This document shows positions 17,358-27,430 of a stretch of DNA of 64,000 nucleotides, in pieces. The stretch is from a virus (Duplodnaviria > Caudoviricetes), in the IMG/VR virus record IMGVR_UViG_3300035499_000517, positions 1-64,000 of that record. One strand, given 5' to 3'. Numbering within the stretch: position 1 is the stretch's first letter; each line of letters opens with the position of its first letter. A model generated the notes under the pieces. That model did no database searches. It was not told where the DNA came from and saw nothing but the letters and a program-made list of their open reading frames with translations. The position numbers were made by a program, and so were the translations under genes.

Positions 17358-19758
17358 ATGCTTAAATATCTACAGGAATATGAGACGGTCTTTGATGAGC
17401 ATTTGAATGAAGCGCTCATGAATAAAGCAGATGATCGTCCACTTTTGGATTTCATTTTGGAATCCTGGTATTCGCTTCAGATTATTGAAGGCATTGAAAT
17501 CTTGGATTGGAAGTATACCGAGAAGGAATCCGAGATTGATATGAACAAGTATATCTTCAAGCGAAACCGAAATGTAAAACAGAAAGAAAAATACGATTTT
17601 AAGTACATCGATGAGTCAAGAGTTGGTCTTCTTACAGTAACCGTAAGACTTACTGTGGAAACAACAGATCCAAGGGTTGGTGAAAGCGTCACCAAGCAGC
17701 AGGTAATTACAAAATCTATGCTGATTCCTTTACAGGATGAAGATGGATGTTACTTCTTGAATGGTCAGCGTGTGTATATGATTTACCAGCTGGTAGAGAA
17801 GTCTACTTATACCGCTGCAAACTCTGTTATCTTGAAATCATTGATGCCATTTGCGGTACGCCGCTATACGATTGATGTAAATGATGCATTGGGAACAGAA
17901 TATACACTTCCCTATTACACAATTGAGTTGTTTAAGAAAGACGTTGAAGTTATGTTAATATATGCAACTAAAGGTCTTGATTATGCAATTCAGTTCTCAT
18001 TAGAAGCAGCTTATGTCGTAATGAATTTCGTGGAGGAATTTGATGAGAATGATTTAATCAATCTCTACTTTCCGATTTCTTCACATTTATACATCAAAGT
18101 CAACCGGCAGTTGTTTGACCAGTTTGTTTACGTAAGAAGTGTTGTTGGTGGAATCTTAAAGATATCGACAAACAGATTGACTTTAGAGAAAATCAATGAC
18201 ACCGAATTATGGTTAAAGAAGCTGGGTGGAACAAATTCTCAGAAAGGTGAAAATTTACTGAGATCCGCGAAACGATTGCTGGATGAAACAACTGGAAAGA
18301 TATTGAAACTGGAGATCTATCAGAAGCACGATGTTTATTCACTTACTCGATGGATGTGCCAGGAATATAACGATTTACGAATGAAAGACAATATGGATTT
18401 GAGTAATAAGAGGATAAGATCAAATGAAATCCTCTCTTGCTTGATGACACAGGAATTTTCTATTCGATTAAACCGAGTCATGAGCTTTGGTAAAAAGGCT
18501 GATCTCGATAATTATAGAGAGCTGTTCTCCTTCCCTGGGGACATCCTCCTGCAGAAGATGCACGGCTCTGGTATATTGAGATATAACGATGTTATTAATG
18601 ATATGACTTTCTTTAGTAAGTTCAAATTCACAATAAAAGGACGTGGGATAGTAGCGTGATAAATGCGTAGCTGCTATTGGGTCGTTCAGAACGAAACCAT
18701 CAAGTAGGTTCTGAATAATAAGTGGAGAAAGAAGCTGGAACTCCGTTTGCAACGGAAATCAGAGTGTTAAGGCTATAAGTAACGCTATAGTCAACCGCAA
18801 CGCGTAGAGATTGAAACTTCTATTGAGATATAGAAGAATATAATATCTCCAAGAGGCTCCACTATCGGATGGTACAATCTGCAAAAGATTGTGATAAAAA
18901 GGTACGCTGGGCTGGGTTATAATGACTCAGAAGTAAAGATAAAAAGCTTTACGATAACAATTTTGCTCACTCATTGGGAAATAAGAACTCTAATAGTATA
19001 TCTGCGAGATATCGTGGCCTTCATCACAGTTATATTGGTCATATAGACCTTACTGTTTGTGGAAATTCGGATTAACGCAGGTCCGAGTAAAACCAATCTA
19101 ATTGCGGGGACGAATTCATAATCTTTAACTACCAACTTATATCTGGTGACAGGATAAGGGCAAAGGGTAACTCCGGAGATATGGTAATCAAGGTTAAAGA
19201 TGAATCAATCGGCGCAACGAAGTATCTCACAACGATGAGATATGTGTTCAACGATCAGGGAAAGCTATATACCAGAAATGGTTGAAAATAAGGTAGATTG
19301 AAATATCTACACGAAGCGAGTAGGCCTAAGATAGCAGGCGAAAGGTAGGTTGAAACAAACCGAAACGGTTGGTGCAGAGAAATCTGTAATGATATGATCT
19401 AGTTCAAATAAGAACGCCAGGAACAAGTGGAGTTTTAACACCATATGGAAAAATGGACGGACTGTATTTTGACGGTTCTCCAGAGCCAAATGATTTCACT
19501 TGGATATTCCATCAAGCAGTAACAGCTGTAGCTAAGGAACAGGGCATTCATCTAATTACTCTTGATTTTGATAATCAGGAGGATTATTATAATGCTCTTA
19601 ATGAGTTACAGGGATTTACGGATTCCAATGTCCGTGTGTCAACATCATCAAAAGCCGATGACCGTTCTATTATTATTGAACCGGCAGTTGACTTAGATGA
19701 TCGTAGAAAGGATACAAAAAGTATCGCCGTGAAACCAGGTGGTAATAAACGGAAATAA
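17358..19758 (+). CDS. Non-virion RNA polymerase beta subunit, N-terminal part; spliced join(17358..18642,18966..19072,19417..19758), 577 aa
   Basis: Splicing restores FTIKGPHSLGNKNSNSISARYRGLHHSYIGHIDLTVCGNSDPGTSGVLTP, equivalent to bacterial beta LGPGGL...R.VH.SHYGRIC..ETPEG..G. Confidence 0.85.
18643..18965 (+). ncRNA. Group I intron (323 nt, no ORF) in nvRNAP beta-N
   Basis: P3 AGTGGAG/CTCCACT; P7 GCGTA (in CGCAACGCGTAG) / TACGC (in AAGGTACGCTG); terminal G; removal restores KGPHSLG. Exact 5' splice site atypical. Confidence 0.75.
19073..19416 (+). ncRNA. Group I intron (344 nt, no ORF, IA-like) in nvRNAP beta-N
   Basis: P1 TCGGAT|.../GTCCGA with U-G at the splice site; P element AATTGCGGG; P7 GATCA/TGATC; terminal G; removal restores GNSD-PGTSG in frame. 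Confidence 0.9.
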
Positions 19759-19849
19759 AATATTCAAATAGAGGATATTCCAACGAGTATCCTCTATTTT
19801 TAAACTCAAAATAGATTTATATATTATCTATTTGAGGAGGTGAGAAATC

Positions 19850-20548
19850 ATGTACAAACTCATTGCAAATCTTGGAGAAGTCAATGACTTCTTACGATTA
19901 CAACTATCGGTTGTATATCGGAATAACTTAAATAAAGAGAATGTAATGCGCTATAATATCAGTGGAAATGATTATTTGCAAATCAAATTGTTTCCGAGTC
20001 TCATTATGCAATACCGGAATGATTCAGAACGTGAGAAATTCGATAATAAGAAATCCATGATTATGAATCAGATGGATGTTTTTAAGTTTGTAAAGTATGG
20101 GAGAATGTTGGGATCAAAGATGAAAGAAGTGCAAAATCTTTATTATATTGAAGCAGAGACAAACTCACTTCGAGTCAACAAAGAGCTTGCAAATAAAATT
20201 TCAATCACGATTCCACTCTCATTTAATAGAAAGATTTGGGTTGTTCCAATCGTTGTAAAGGATAAAGATTCCGGTGGATATTTGGAAGGAATTGGAATGT
20301 GTTTTAATGTAACCAGTAATTATGTGATGATGCAACGAGAAGAATTTCTGTTCCTAGTGGATTTTCTGGAACAGGTAGACATGAATTCAATCAGTTTGCA
20401 ATTGATTACTTATGCAGAAGTTACGAAAGATAAAACATTCTCAAGACTCGATACACTCCCATCAGCTGGAATGACGAAACAACCTGAAGAAACTAAAATT
20501 ACAGGAATTGGTCCAATTACACAAGAAGATCAAATCCCAAAAATTTAA
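19850..20548 (+). CDS. Hypothetical early protein
   Basis: 232 aa, GGAGGTG RBS, early motif at 19820. Confidence 0.85.
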   Translation: MYKLIANLGEVNDFLRLQLSVVYRNNLNKENVMRYNISGNDYLQIKLFPSLIMQYRNDSEREKFDNKKSMIMNQMDVFKFVKYGRMLGSKMKEVQNLYYIEAETNSLRVNKELANKISITIPLSFNRKIWVVPIVVKDKDSGGYLEGIGMCFNVTSNYVMMQREEFLFLVDFLEQVDMNSISLQLITYAEVTKDKTFSRLDTLPSAGMTKQPEETKITGIGPITQEDQIPKI

Positions 20549-20561
20549 AAGGAGAAATAAA

Positions 20562-21371
20562 ATGGGTGAAAGAAGGAAACTCGACAAGACAACCACTGGT
20601 TTGGTTTACAAAGACCATTCCTACATGGTTGCAGGGTACATATCGGATTACGAACTTACAACAGAGTCTGATATGGTAGCTGAAGTAACCGGTGAAGAAC
20701 CAAAGAAATTAACAGTAAACGATTTTGAAGAAAATCGCGGGTATTGTGATGACGAAGGATTTATTCATATCTTTCGGAAGGAACCGAATAAGTCAGAGAT
20801 TATCCCGTGGTTTACGGTAGAGTTAAACAGCGATCTGAATCCGGTGTTAAAGTTTGCAAGTTATTCGACACCAGAACTGAAACGGGCATTTTACATTGAC
20901 CGGGTCGGGGATTTATCTACCGCTGCAATTTTAAAGAACTCGATTGGAAGTGATGATATGTATGATCAGGAGATCATTGATGAACTCCAGAATGCAAGTT
21001 CTCATTACGTTCCAGTCATTGATGAGTCGGATGACTTTTTAAAGAAACTTGTAAAAACGATGTTGCTTGAGACTGGTATTGATGCTCATAGTTTTAAGAA
21101 ATATATGGAGCATTCATATCAGATTTCCAATATGATTCAAGGGTTAAACTCCAAAACAAAGATGAATCCATTTGTCTTTGATACTTGGATGGGACTTGCT
21201 GGGATTCCCTATAAAATCGTGATTCAGGGGCCTGGCTCAGATCCAAATCATCCATTGGAGCACTCAATCGAATATGACAGCACAACGAATCGTATCCACT
21301 TAGTTGGAAAGGAAGGAGCATTAAATGACCCGGATAGCAACATTGCGGTCTCTGCAAGACAATTCAATTAG
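20562..21371 (+). CDS. Hypothetical protein
   Basis: Start moved to ATG 20562 (AAGGAG RBS). Confidence 0.85.
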   Translation: MGERRKLDKTTTGLVYKDHSYMVAGYISDYELTTESDMVAEVTGEEPKKLTVNDFEENRGYCDDEGFIHIFRKEPNKSEIIPWFTVELNSDLNPVLKFASYSTPELKRAFYIDRVGDLSTAAILKNSIGSDDMYDQEIIDELQNASSHYVPVIDESDDFLKKLVKTMLLETGIDAHSFKKYMEHSYQISNMIQGLNSKTKMNPFVFDTWMGLAGIPYKIVIQGPGSDPNHPLEHSIEYDSTTNRIHLVGKEGALNDPDSNIAVSARQFN

Positions 21372-21945
21372 CATTGACGCATTGCAGAAAATCATTGGTG
21401 ATTTAAAGAATCATCAAATCAGAAATTTAAGCTTTAATTGTCGCGTCGCAGATTTACGGGATGTAACCCGCGCACACAATGGTCATGCACCAGACACCGT
21501 CTCCATTTCCTATGTGAAAAATGTTGAACTGGAAGATGGACTTCACAAGATGGATGCAACATTAACCGTGTATTTTACTAGAAGATCCGAAGTATATCGT
21601 TTGGTTGCTTACGGTTCAATCTCGGGGGAGTTTGATTCTGGATACATGGGTTACACCTTCATCTTACAAGATTATCTGTATTACTTCATGACAAAGACAA
21701 TTGAAAATAATCGAGCTATGCAGGAGTTTCGGGAAATTCATTTTCCGGACTCCTTAGAAGAGCTCGAAGCAAAGACACCAAATTGGAATCTCTTTGAACA
21801 GCGTGCTTACAGTACTGGGATTGCATCTGATTTACGGATTGTTGATTTTGGCACAGAAAAAGAAGATTACGCTGAGCAAGTTATGAGAGAATCTGGAGTA
21901 CTTTTACACGAGAATGATGTTATTCCCGTGATAAAGGATAAATAA
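21325..21945 (+). CDS. Hypothetical protein
   Basis: 206 aa, AAGGAG RBS inside the upstream gene. Confidence 0.8.
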   Translation: MTRIATLRSLQDNSISIDALQKIIGDLKNHQIRNLSFNCRVADLRDVTRAHNGHAPDTVSISYVKNVELEDGLHKMDATLTVYFTRRSEVYRLVAYGSISGEFDSGYMGYTFILQDYLYYFMTKTIENNRAMQEFREIHFPDSLEELEAKTPNWNLFEQRAYSTGIASDLRIVDFGTEKEDYAEQVMRESGVLLHENDVIPVIKDK

Positions 21946-21965
21946 ATTTAGGAGGACATGAAATT

Positions 21966-22292
21966 ATGTATGGAAGCTATTTAACAGGAAAGAAAGAGAC
22001 AAGCACGAAGACACCAAGTAGAGCATCTTCGAGTCGTGGTTCATCAAAGAGTGGAAGCAGCGGGATTATTCAGGTTCAGGGATATATGAATGAGATTCAG
22101 GGAGATATCCAGGATGCAATTTCACATGGTGCTGATGTTCTTGCAAGATATGCATTACAGCAGATGGAGGATGGTTCTACCAATCAGACAAAGCTGATTG
22201 CAAATATCAACACCGCTCTTAACGGATTTACTCCGGAGCAGCAGAACCAGATTCTCGTAGCAACCGTTGCAAAAATGATTGCTAATGGATGA
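21966..22292 (+). CDS. Hypothetical protein
   Basis: 108 aa, AGGAGG RBS, Ser-rich N-terminus, terminator follows. Confidence 0.8.
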   Translation: MYGSYLTGKKETSTKTPSRASSSRGSSKSGSSGIIQVQGYMNEIQGDIQDAISHGADVLARYALQQMEDGSTNQTKLIANINTALNGFTPEQQNQILVATVAKMIANG

Positions 22293-22354
22293 TTCTACAA
22301 GAAAGATAAGAGGAAAGGGTTTTTCCCTTTCCTCTTTAATTCACAAAGAATAGG

Positions 22355-23803
22355 ATGATTATCATGAAAAAAGATATTCGTGTTTATGGAACCAGAATAG
22401 AAATCGAACCTTATGAAGAAGGAGAAAATTATAAGTTAGAAAAGATGTGTTCGGCACGATATGACTATAAGACAAAAACAGCTGAACCTTTAGGATATAG
22501 AATAGAAGATAATAAAATTATTATACCAAGAGGCATCTCACTTGCTATGTTATCACAGTCTTATGATGATAGCATTCCAACGATGATGCCAGCAGATGAC
22601 CCTGCTCCAATGAGTGGAGATTACAGGGTTACTGTAAAACCAAAAGATGAAACCCAGGTAAAAGCCATTTCTTTTTTACTGGGGCTAAATGAATTTTCGA
22701 ATTCTGCAAGATTTCCACAGCTTGCATTAAACCTTGATACTGGACTGGGAAAAACATATTGCACAGTCTATGCTATTTTAGCATTTAAGACAAGAACGCT
22801 TATCATTTTACATCAAGACAGTATTCGTGAGCAGTGGATTAATACATTCCTCGAAAAGACAACGATGCCTTCTAAGAAGATTCATCGTATCATTGGAATG
22901 AAAGGAATGAATGATGCAGTTAGAAGTCGAAATAAGTATGATGTACATTTAATCCTTCATAGCACGCTTTGTGGTTACATTAAAAAGTATGGGCCAGAAT
23001 CACTCCGTGAATGGTTTAAAGTAATGCAATTTGGTCTTAAAGTTGTAGATGAAGCACATCTTAACTTTAGACAAACCATTGATACTGACTTTTGTAGCAA
23101 TGTTACAAAGAGCATCTATTTGACAGCAACCATGACTCGTTCCAGCTATACAGAAACTGGACTCTTTGAACGGTTCTTTGCAAATACGATGCAATATGGA
23201 GAAAATGTAGGGGTTGTGAAGAATGTTGTGTATAACCTTGTCTATTACAATTCCAATCCGACATATACACAGCAGAGTCGTATTTATACATATAAAGGAG
23301 TTTCGATTATTCGCTGGGCTGATTATGCCTTTAAATATGATCGAAATAAAACCATTTACATTGTATTCTTTAAGATCTTAAAAGAAGCAATGAAACATGA
23401 AGGACGAATTATGGTTATGATACCAAAAATTGAGTATTGTGAAACCATCGCTAGATTTATTCGGGAAGAGTATCCAGATTATAGCGTTGGAACTCTCCAT
23501 TCAAAGAACACAAAAGAGGTAAATGAACGAGTAAAACGATTTGCCAATATAATCGTTACGACGATAGCGAGTAGTGGAACAGGAACCGATATTAAGTTCA
23601 TGCGTTCTATTATCGTAATGGAACCTTACGCTTCTCAAGTTACTGCAAGACAGATGAGTGGACGATTACGGGAATACGAACCAGGAGCTGAATCTTATGT
23701 CTATGAGTTAGTAGACTCTGGATTTGAAGCTATTTCTAATATGGTAAATAAACGAATCAAACCTCTAAAGGATAAGTGTAAGAAAGTCCAGATTATGAAA
23801 TAA
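22355..23803 (+). CDS. Superfamily 2 DNA helicase (UvsW-like)
   Basis: Walker A LDTGLGKT, DEAH, motif III TAT, motif V SGTGTD, motif VI QMSGRLR. Confidence 0.9.
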   Translation: MIIMKKDIRVYGTRIEIEPYEEGENYKLEKMCSARYDYKTKTAEPLGYRIEDNKIIIPRGISLAMLSQSYDDSIPTMMPADDPAPMSGDYRVTVKPKDETQVKAISFLLGLNEFSNSARFPQLALNLDTGLGKTYCTVYAILAFKTRTLIILHQDSIREQWINTFLEKTTMPSKKIHRIIGMKGMNDAVRSRNKYDVHLILHSTLCGYIKKYGPESLREWFKVMQFGLKVVDEAHLNFRQTIDTDFCSNVTKSIYLTATMTRSSYTETGLFERFFANTMQYGENVGVVKNVVYNLVYYNSNPTYTQQSRIYTYKGVSIIRWADYAFKYDRNKTIYIVFFKILKEAMKHEGRIMVMIPKIEYCETIARFIREEYPDYSVGTLHSKNTKEVNERVKRFANIIVTTIASSGTGTDIKFMRSIIVMEPYASQVTARQMSGRLREYEPGAESYVYELVDSGFEAISNMVNKRIKPLKDKCKKVQIMK

Positions 23804-23915
23804 TTTTAAGGGAAAGGGTGATTATACTCTTTCCCTTTTAATACCCTCAATCTGGATAAGCATAAGTCAAAATACAAAAATCTTAAGAGAAAATAAAGAA
23901 AGGACTGAATTATTT

Positions 23916-26432
23916 ATGGAAGTAAAAGACAGTCATTTTTTGAAAGAATATAGAAATCAGGTGAAAGATGCATTAAAGAAACTTCACCCTGATTGGAAAG
24001 ATGATTTTTTAAAGAAAAATATAGATGAAATAATTCTAAGGGAATTAAGAAATCCCGAAACGACATTAGAAAACGATTATACACACGAACTTAGACAGAC
24101 AAATTTGGTATCTGTATTTGATTGGTTAATGGAAACAAAACCAATTATAGCTGCAAATGGAACTTTCTTTAAGCAGCATAAAGATGCAATAAATCCAAAT
24201 GCATTAATGGTAGATGACTTCTTGGTTCAAAGAGCACGAATCAAGAAAGAGATGTTTGCTATTGAAGATGAGTCATCTCGTGCGTATGCTTCTAAAGATA
24301 TCAAACAGGGAAACGAAAAACGCTTGGCTAATTCCTAAAATAATGGGACGAAATCTAGTGATAGATTGGAAAAACTTCTCTAACTGCGGGAACGAACTCG
24401 GTAATTTTTAACTACCAACCAAGAGTGGTGACATTCTTGGGGCAAAGGGTAACTCCGGAGATATGGTAATCAAGGTTAAAGATAGAGTCGACCGACGCAA
24501 GAAAGTATCTCACAACGATGAGATATGACTTCAACGACTATGGAAAGCTAGACAACCAGATTGATAGAAATATCTAAATACGAAAGTAGCTGGTTTGAAA
24601 ATAAGGTAAGTTGAAATACTTACACGAAGCGAGTAGGCCTAAGATAACAGGCGAAAGGTAGGTTGAAACAAACCGAAATGGGAAGCTCTCTGATATTTGG
24701 TAATAGAGTATTGGAGATGATTATATAGCCTGATCTTCAAGGGGACTTGAAGTAAACATAAAATGATTATGGCGCAAGCGGTATGAAGGCATCTGCCTTT
24801 TATAATCAGTTTACAGCACCCTGTACAACAAAATCGGCTCAGTCTGTGATCTCAACAGCTGAGACGACCTTCGAAGCATTCTTAGCTTCAAATTTTAATT
24901 TCGTAGATATCAATGAATGCTACTTCTGGATCCAAACAGTACTTGATGAGAAAGTTAAATGTGAGGATTGGATAAAAAGAGTTCCATTAGATATCTGCTA
25001 TGAGAGAATATCTTCTGCTGTTATAGGAGCTACTGATGAAGATAGAGAAACTCTTAGAGAATTCATGGAGAGTTTAAGTGAAGAAGATATCACAAGAATT
25101 TACTGGAAGAATAATCTTATTGCATTTACAGATGCTCATGATGAAGTGAAAGCTATCTGGGATACAGTTTTTAGTACTGTAGATAATTATGAGTACATGA
25201 AATCAGATGACGACTTCTCAGTGGTTCCAGAGGAGTATTTAGAGGAAGTAAAATCTGCCAAGAAACCCATGAAGAAATGGGCAAGTATTGTAGACTTCAA
25301 TTACTTCTATAACCCGAATAAAGTTCCAAAGAGCATCGAGAAATACGTAGATGCTTTGAAGGATATCTATATGGATTATTGTTACGTAGAATTTATGTAC
25401 ACTGACCGAATCTATAAACTTAAGAACTTTAGACGAGATGTTGTTACAGTTATTGACACAGACTCAAATATCTTATCTTTGGATACCTTTATGGAATATT
25501 GCTTGGAGAATTTAAAACATGGAGAATATGGACGGGACCCATGGAATAATGTCTTCATTGCAGTAAATACCATTACATATACAATCACTGCGGTTATTAC
25601 AAAGACACTTTTGTATTATGGAGAAATGAGTAATGTTGAAGAAAGTATTAGACCACGTTATTCTATGAAGAACGAGTTCTTCTTCTCAAACCTTATTCTT
25701 GCAAAAGTAAAGAAGCGTTACTTATCAAAGGTATTGCTTCGAGAAGGAAACCGCTTATTGAAACCGAAATACGATGTAAAAGGATTTGACTTTAAGAAAG
25801 CATCTACATCAGATGATGCGTCAAATTTCTTTATGCATATCGTAAAAGATTTGATCTTAGAACCAGAGCAACTTGATATCAAACGGATTATGAAAGAGAT
25901 TCAGAATTTCCGTTATGAAGTACGAAGGACTATTGAATCTGGTGATAAGAGATACTTACCAATTGCATCTGCAAAAGAATTAGATGCTTATGCAACCCCA
26001 GATAGAGAGCAAAGTGTTCGTGGAGCATTGGCTTGGAATGTTTTATATCCAGACCGTGCAGTAGAACTTCCTGTGAAGTTAAGTCTTTTAAAGACCACGA
26101 TTACATCTATTGATATGCTTTCTGATTTACAACGAACCGATCCACAGCTTTATACAAATATAAAAACGGGAATTTTTGAAGATACTACTGGAACTTTCAA
26201 TAGAAAGCTTTCCAATGGAAAAGGAATTCAATGCGAAGGATTAACAGTTCTTGGAATTCCACTTCATGAAGATATTCCACAGTGGATCATTCCATTTGTC
26301 GACTATACAACGGTCATCAATTCTGTTGTAGCACCGTTTAAGTCTGTTACAGAAACTTTTAATATGCCAAGTATTGAAGAAGGAAAAACAGGGAGAAAGA
26401 CAACTGGATTTAGCAATATCATAAAGATTTAA
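23916..26432 (+). CDS. Split family-B DNA polymerase, C-terminal subunit (motifs B and C); spliced join(23916..24336,24766..26432), 695 aa
   Basis: Splicing gives KRLANSYYGASG (motif B KxxxNSxYG); IDTDS (motif C); KKRY; KGFDFKK. Confidence 0.9.
24337..24765 (+). ncRNA. Group I intron (429 nt, no ORF, IA-like) in DNA polymerase
   Basis: P1 TCCT|/GGGA with U-G; P10 ATAAT/ATTAT; AACTGCGGG; TTCAACGACTA; terminal G; long blocks shared with intron 19073-19416. Confidence 0.92.
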
Positions 26433-26511
26433 AGGATTTGGATTCATCCCTGGAACTTTTATGATAAGTAAACCTAATGAAATGAAATCTTAAGAAAGGA
26501 AGGAAGAAATC

Positions 26512-27036
26512 ATGTCATTAAAGAAATTATTTGAAAAAATTGCAATCTTCTTCAAGACAAGATATAAGATCAGTGTTGATCTTGCGATCGAAGTTGTAAC
26601 AGACGTTGATTCTACATCCACGGTATTCCGTAAAACCATCGAATCATGTGCAACCAGTCTTGGTTATGAGGTTGTAAATGCAACTGTAGATGATCTCGGC
26701 GAAGTAACAATTGATCCGGTCACTAATGAACGGATCCGAAGAAATGGAAAATTCGCAAAAATTCATGCAGTTAAGTATACTTATGAAATCCATCAGGATG
26801 TAAATGTCCTGAAAGAGACGGTAAAGAAGAAGAAATACGATCTTAGCAAGTTTGCTGAGAGTGTAGTAACAATCTTACCGAGAAAGCTTACAGAAATCTT
26901 AAATGGTGAAGCTCTTATGCTCCACGTATCCGTAGCATCTACAAATGTAGAGGTAAAGCTGGATGTGAATACAGATTCATCTCTTGCGAAGTATGTGTTC
27001 GATTCCTTAAAGGAAGGGACCGCTTCAAACGAGTAA
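26512..27036 (+). CDS. Hypothetical protein
   Basis: 174 aa with RBS; followed by terminator 27041-27085. Confidence 0.8.
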   Translation: MSLKKLFEKIAIFFKTRYKISVDLAIEVVTDVDSTSTVFRKTIESCATSLGYEVVNATVDDLGEVTIDPVTNERIRRNGKFAKIHAVKYTYEIHQDVNVLKETVKKKKYDLSKFAESVVTILPRKLTEILNGEALMLHVSVASTNVEVKLDVNTDSSLAKYVFDSLKEGTASNE

Positions 27037-27087
27037 AAAGGAAGGAGAAAGACAACTATGATCTTTCTCCTTCTTTCTTTTTTTTTG

Positions 27088-27417
27088 TTATTTTACTCTT
27101 TCAATTTCCTTTAAACAAAACTCTGCATTTCTACGGAGTGCCTCTAACTCAGTAGTTACCGGTAAATAGTTTCTGTCATTTATGACCAACTCAGAAAGTC
27201 TATCATAAATCTCTGTGATCTGCCCGATAATGTTTTCCATAGATGCTGCAGCCTTCTCAACATCACGATCCATATCCTGAATGAGGAATTCATCCTGTTC
27301 TAATAAGGAAAGTGCTGCTGATGCATGACGGTTTCCATCATTTTCTGCTTTTCTTAAAAGACAACGAACTTCACTATATGTTGCATTACTTATTCGTCTT
27401 GTGTCCATCACTCTCAT
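27088..27417 (-). CDS. Hypothetical coiled-coil protein
   Basis: 109 aa, GGAGGA RBS. Confidence 0.8.
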   Translation of the reverse strand: MRVMDTRRISNATYSEVRCLLRKAENDGNRHASAALSLLEQDEFLIQDMDRDVEKAAASMENIIGQITEIYDRLSELVINDRNYLPVTTELEALRRNAEFCLKEIERVK

Positions 27418-27430
27418 GAATAAATCCTCC

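Noticed and set aside
17358-18659. Truncated RNAP pseudogene, or stop-codon reassignment explaining broken RNAP/DNAP genes
   Set aside because: Breaks are explained by introns with in-frame exon joins; other genes are intact in code 11 and use TAA, TAG and TGA as stops
18643-18965. Group II intron interpretation (starts GTGGG, similar to GUGYG)
   Set aside because: No domain V hairpin or AY 3' end; group I P3/P7 pairings and terminal G are present
19073-24765. Intron-encoded homing endonucleases
   Set aside because: Introns are only 323-429 nt with no suitable ORF; the 60-65 aa track ORFs overlapping them have no nuclease motifs
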